A DNA stretch of 20,444 nt. It comes from Eledone cirrhosa. Lineage: Eukaryota. Positions 18,218-20,444 of the stretch are shown here, in pieces. The stretch is taken from positions 1-20,444 of the forward strand of contig CAXHJY010000140.1 of assembly GCA_964016885.1 (NCBI GenBank), in the 5' to 3' direction. The position numbers and the translations under genes were made by a program. Each line of letters begins with the position of its first letter. Positions within the stretch are counted from its first letter, which is position 1. The notes under the pieces were generated by a model. That model was given only the letters and a program-made list of their open reading frames with translations. It was not told the origin of the DNA and made no database searches.

Positions 18218-18385
18218 GTTAATTACATACCATACAAGCAATAACAAATCCAAGACATTGAAGAATGAAAGGTAATAATAGACGATAAAGGATAAGAATA
18301 AAAATAAAAGTAAAAATAAAAAATAAGGGGTGCTATCAGTCACAGTTGGGCGGGGTGCTGTCAACATATAGTTACATACAAGCAT

Positions 18386-18445
18386 ACACATGGATAAGAG
18401 AACAGACAAGAGTAGACACATGGATAAGAGAACAGACAAGTGTAG
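18386..18445. repeat. 2 x 30 bp tandem repeat
   Basis: ACACATGGATAAGAGAACAGACAAG(A/T)GTAG twice. Confidence 0.9.
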
Positions 18446-18449
18446 ATAA

Positions 18450-18960
18450 GATAGATGGGATTAGGTAAGAGTAGGTAAAAAATAGGTAAAAAATAGGTGA
18501 AAAACAGACTTATAATATATATAAATAAGAAAATATAAAGAAATACAAAGAAATACATAACAAACTTACATATAAAATATAGGGTAAGGAATGAGATAAA
18601 ATAATATAAAATTAAAATTAAAAATTATATACATAGAACATAATATAATATAATCGTAAAATAAGATAAAATAAGGTAAACTAAAATCAAATAACAGACT
18701 AAATTAAAATAATATAATATAAGATATAATTAAATGTATAATTAAATGTAATTAAATGTAATTAAATAAATAAATAAATAAATAAATGAAAATTAAATAA
18801 ATAAATAAAATTAAAATTTAAATTTTAAAATTAAAATTTAAATTTAAATTTAAATAAATAAATAAATAAATAAATGGAGTCAAGTAAGTAAATAAATAAA
18901 ATTAGATAACATGAAATGAAATAAAATAAAATAAAATGAAATAAAGTAAATTGAGATAAG
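18450..18960. repeat. A-rich low-complexity tract
   Basis: (AAAT)n, (AAATT)n and TAATTAAATG repeats. Confidence 0.85.
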
Positions 18961-18977
18961 ATATATATTTTTTTAGA

Positions 18978-19129
18978 ATATATCTCTTGAATATATCAGG
19001 GGCCCACGAAGGCACTAAATGTCACAGTTATGTGTATCACTTGACCATTTTTTTTAAATATATTTCTTGAAAACATCAGGGGCCCACGAAGGCACTAAGT
19101 GTCACAGTCACCAGTATCACTTGACCATT
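18978..19129. repeat. 2 x ~80 bp diverged tandem repeat
   Basis: ...TCAGGGGCCCACGAAGGCACTAA.TGTCACAGT....GTATCACTTGACCATT twice. Confidence 0.85.
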
Positions 19130-20408
19130 GCAAGGCAATGGAGGCGTCCCAGGTTGGGCAGTCTCGAAAATTCACTCGAAAGTCATGGGTGTGCATTCAC
19201 ACAGTTGAGCTGTGGGGTAATCACAAACCGGTTCACACCCGGGCAGGAGTCCAATGGTCAGAGAGAGGTGCATCGAAGGAGGTAGAAGAATTCACGTGCA
19301 TTAGCAAGCGAGGTGCAGGCGGGTTAAAGCAAGCAGACACAGTTGTAGCGCATACAAAAGATATATAAAAAGACAGAAGATATATAAAAAATAGCTTCAA
19401 GAGCCATTAAGTCACCGCATTGGGACATCACAAGATTGTACACATCAATATGTTCAGCACGTATATGCACATATACACACCACATGCATGTGCAGAGACG
19501 GTATACATATATATATATATATTTTTTGATATATATACAGACACATACAACCACCTACACCCATACACATATAAATGTATACACGGACACACACGCACAC
19601 ACACACAGCGTAGGACACCCGGGTCAAAGCTGATATTAAACACCGAAATACCACATTAGACCAGACCCACCACCACAGGTAATACATTCAAAATAAATTA
19701 CATACGATGAGATGTAGTAAAATAAAGTTGAAATCCTACGGAGATATTCATGTCCGCACGTGCCATTGACCGATTCGAGTGTACCTACATCTCATCGTAT
19801 GTATTTATTTTGAATGTATTACCTGTGGTGGTGGGTCTGGTCTAATGTGGTATTTCGGTGTTTAATATCAGCTTTGACCCGGGTGTCCTACGCTGTGTGT
19901 GTGTGCGTGTGTGTCCGTGTATACATTTATATGTGTATGGGTGTAGGTGGTTGTATGTGTCTGTATATATATAAAAAAATATATATATATATGTATACCG
20001 TCTCTGCACATGCATGTGGTGTGTATACGTGCATATACGTGCTGAACATATTGATGTGTACAATCTTGTGATGTCCCAATGCGGTGACTTAATGGCTCTT
20101 GAAGCTATTTTTTATATATCTTCTGTCTTTTTATATATCTTTTGTATGCGCTACAACTGTGTCTGCTTGCTTTAACCCGCCTGCACCTCGCTTGCTAATG
20201 CACGTGAATTCTTCTTCCTCCTTCGATGCACCTCTCTCTGACCATTGGACTCCTGCCCGGGTGTGAACCGGTTTGTGATTACCCCACCGCTCAACTGTGT
20301 GAATGCACACCCATGACTTTCGAGTGAACTTTCGAGACTGCCCAACCTGGGACGCCTCCATTGCCTTGCAATGGTCAAGTGATACTGGTGACTGTGACAC
20401 TTAGTGCC
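19091..20408. repeat. ~625 bp near-perfect inverted repeat with 67 bp spacer
   Basis: 19091-19717 is the reverse complement of 19785-20408 with only a handful of differences. The ORF track shows mirrored peptides. Confidence 0.96.
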
Positions 20409-20444
20409 CTCGAGGGCACTAGATGTCACAGAATTATATTTTTC

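Larger units (their letters stand above)
18031..19717 (-). mobile_element. Putative ~1.7 kb non-coding HHR-bearing element, family E
   Basis: End shared with 2339-2407 and joined to the TA array. HHR ~130 nt from that end, T-rich middle on the minus strand, far end duplicated in inverted orientation. That this is one element is inferred. Confidence 0.55.

Noticed and set aside
19055-19085. Minus-strand CTGATG...GAAA as an extra hammerhead
   Set aside because: The core is CTGATGT and no coherent stems I and II can be drawn.
19832-19892. tRNA-like head (TGGTCTAATGTGG A-box-like)
   Set aside because: No B box and no cloverleaf.
20145-20215. Possible HDV-like ribozyme (GCA-CCTCGCT-TGC)
   Set aside because: No convincing P1, P1.1 (GG) or P2 pairing.
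19067-20429. Paired short ORFs on both strands
   Set aside because: They are mirror images caused by the inverted repeat, partly microsatellite-derived, with no protein motifs.

Overview
AT-rich, repeat-dominated eukaryotic DNA with no intact protein-coding gene. The SINE sequences resemble those of octopod cephalopods, which is an inference. About half the window is (TA)n-type microsatellite, including a ~7 kb TA/TG array that produces the long Tyr-Ile 'ORFs'. The rest holds tRNA-derived SINEs, a decayed RTE-clade (Rex3-like) LINE whose 3' part is inverted, and several non-coding elements at or near TA tracts. Those non-coding elements carry eight type I hammerhead ribozyme (HHR) motifs from five unrelated sequence families, read by eye as stem I-CUGAUGA-stem II-GAAA-stem III-UH-stem I'. 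They occur as a 2 x ~630 bp tandem with one HHR per unit (retrozyme/pLTR-like), as two ~370-400 bp fold-backs with an HHR on each strand, as one isolated minimal HHR, and near the end of a ~1.7 kb segment whose other end is duplicated in a ~625 bp inverted repeat. The best interpretation is a cluster of non-autonomous Penelope-like/retrozyme-like elements associated with (TA)n.
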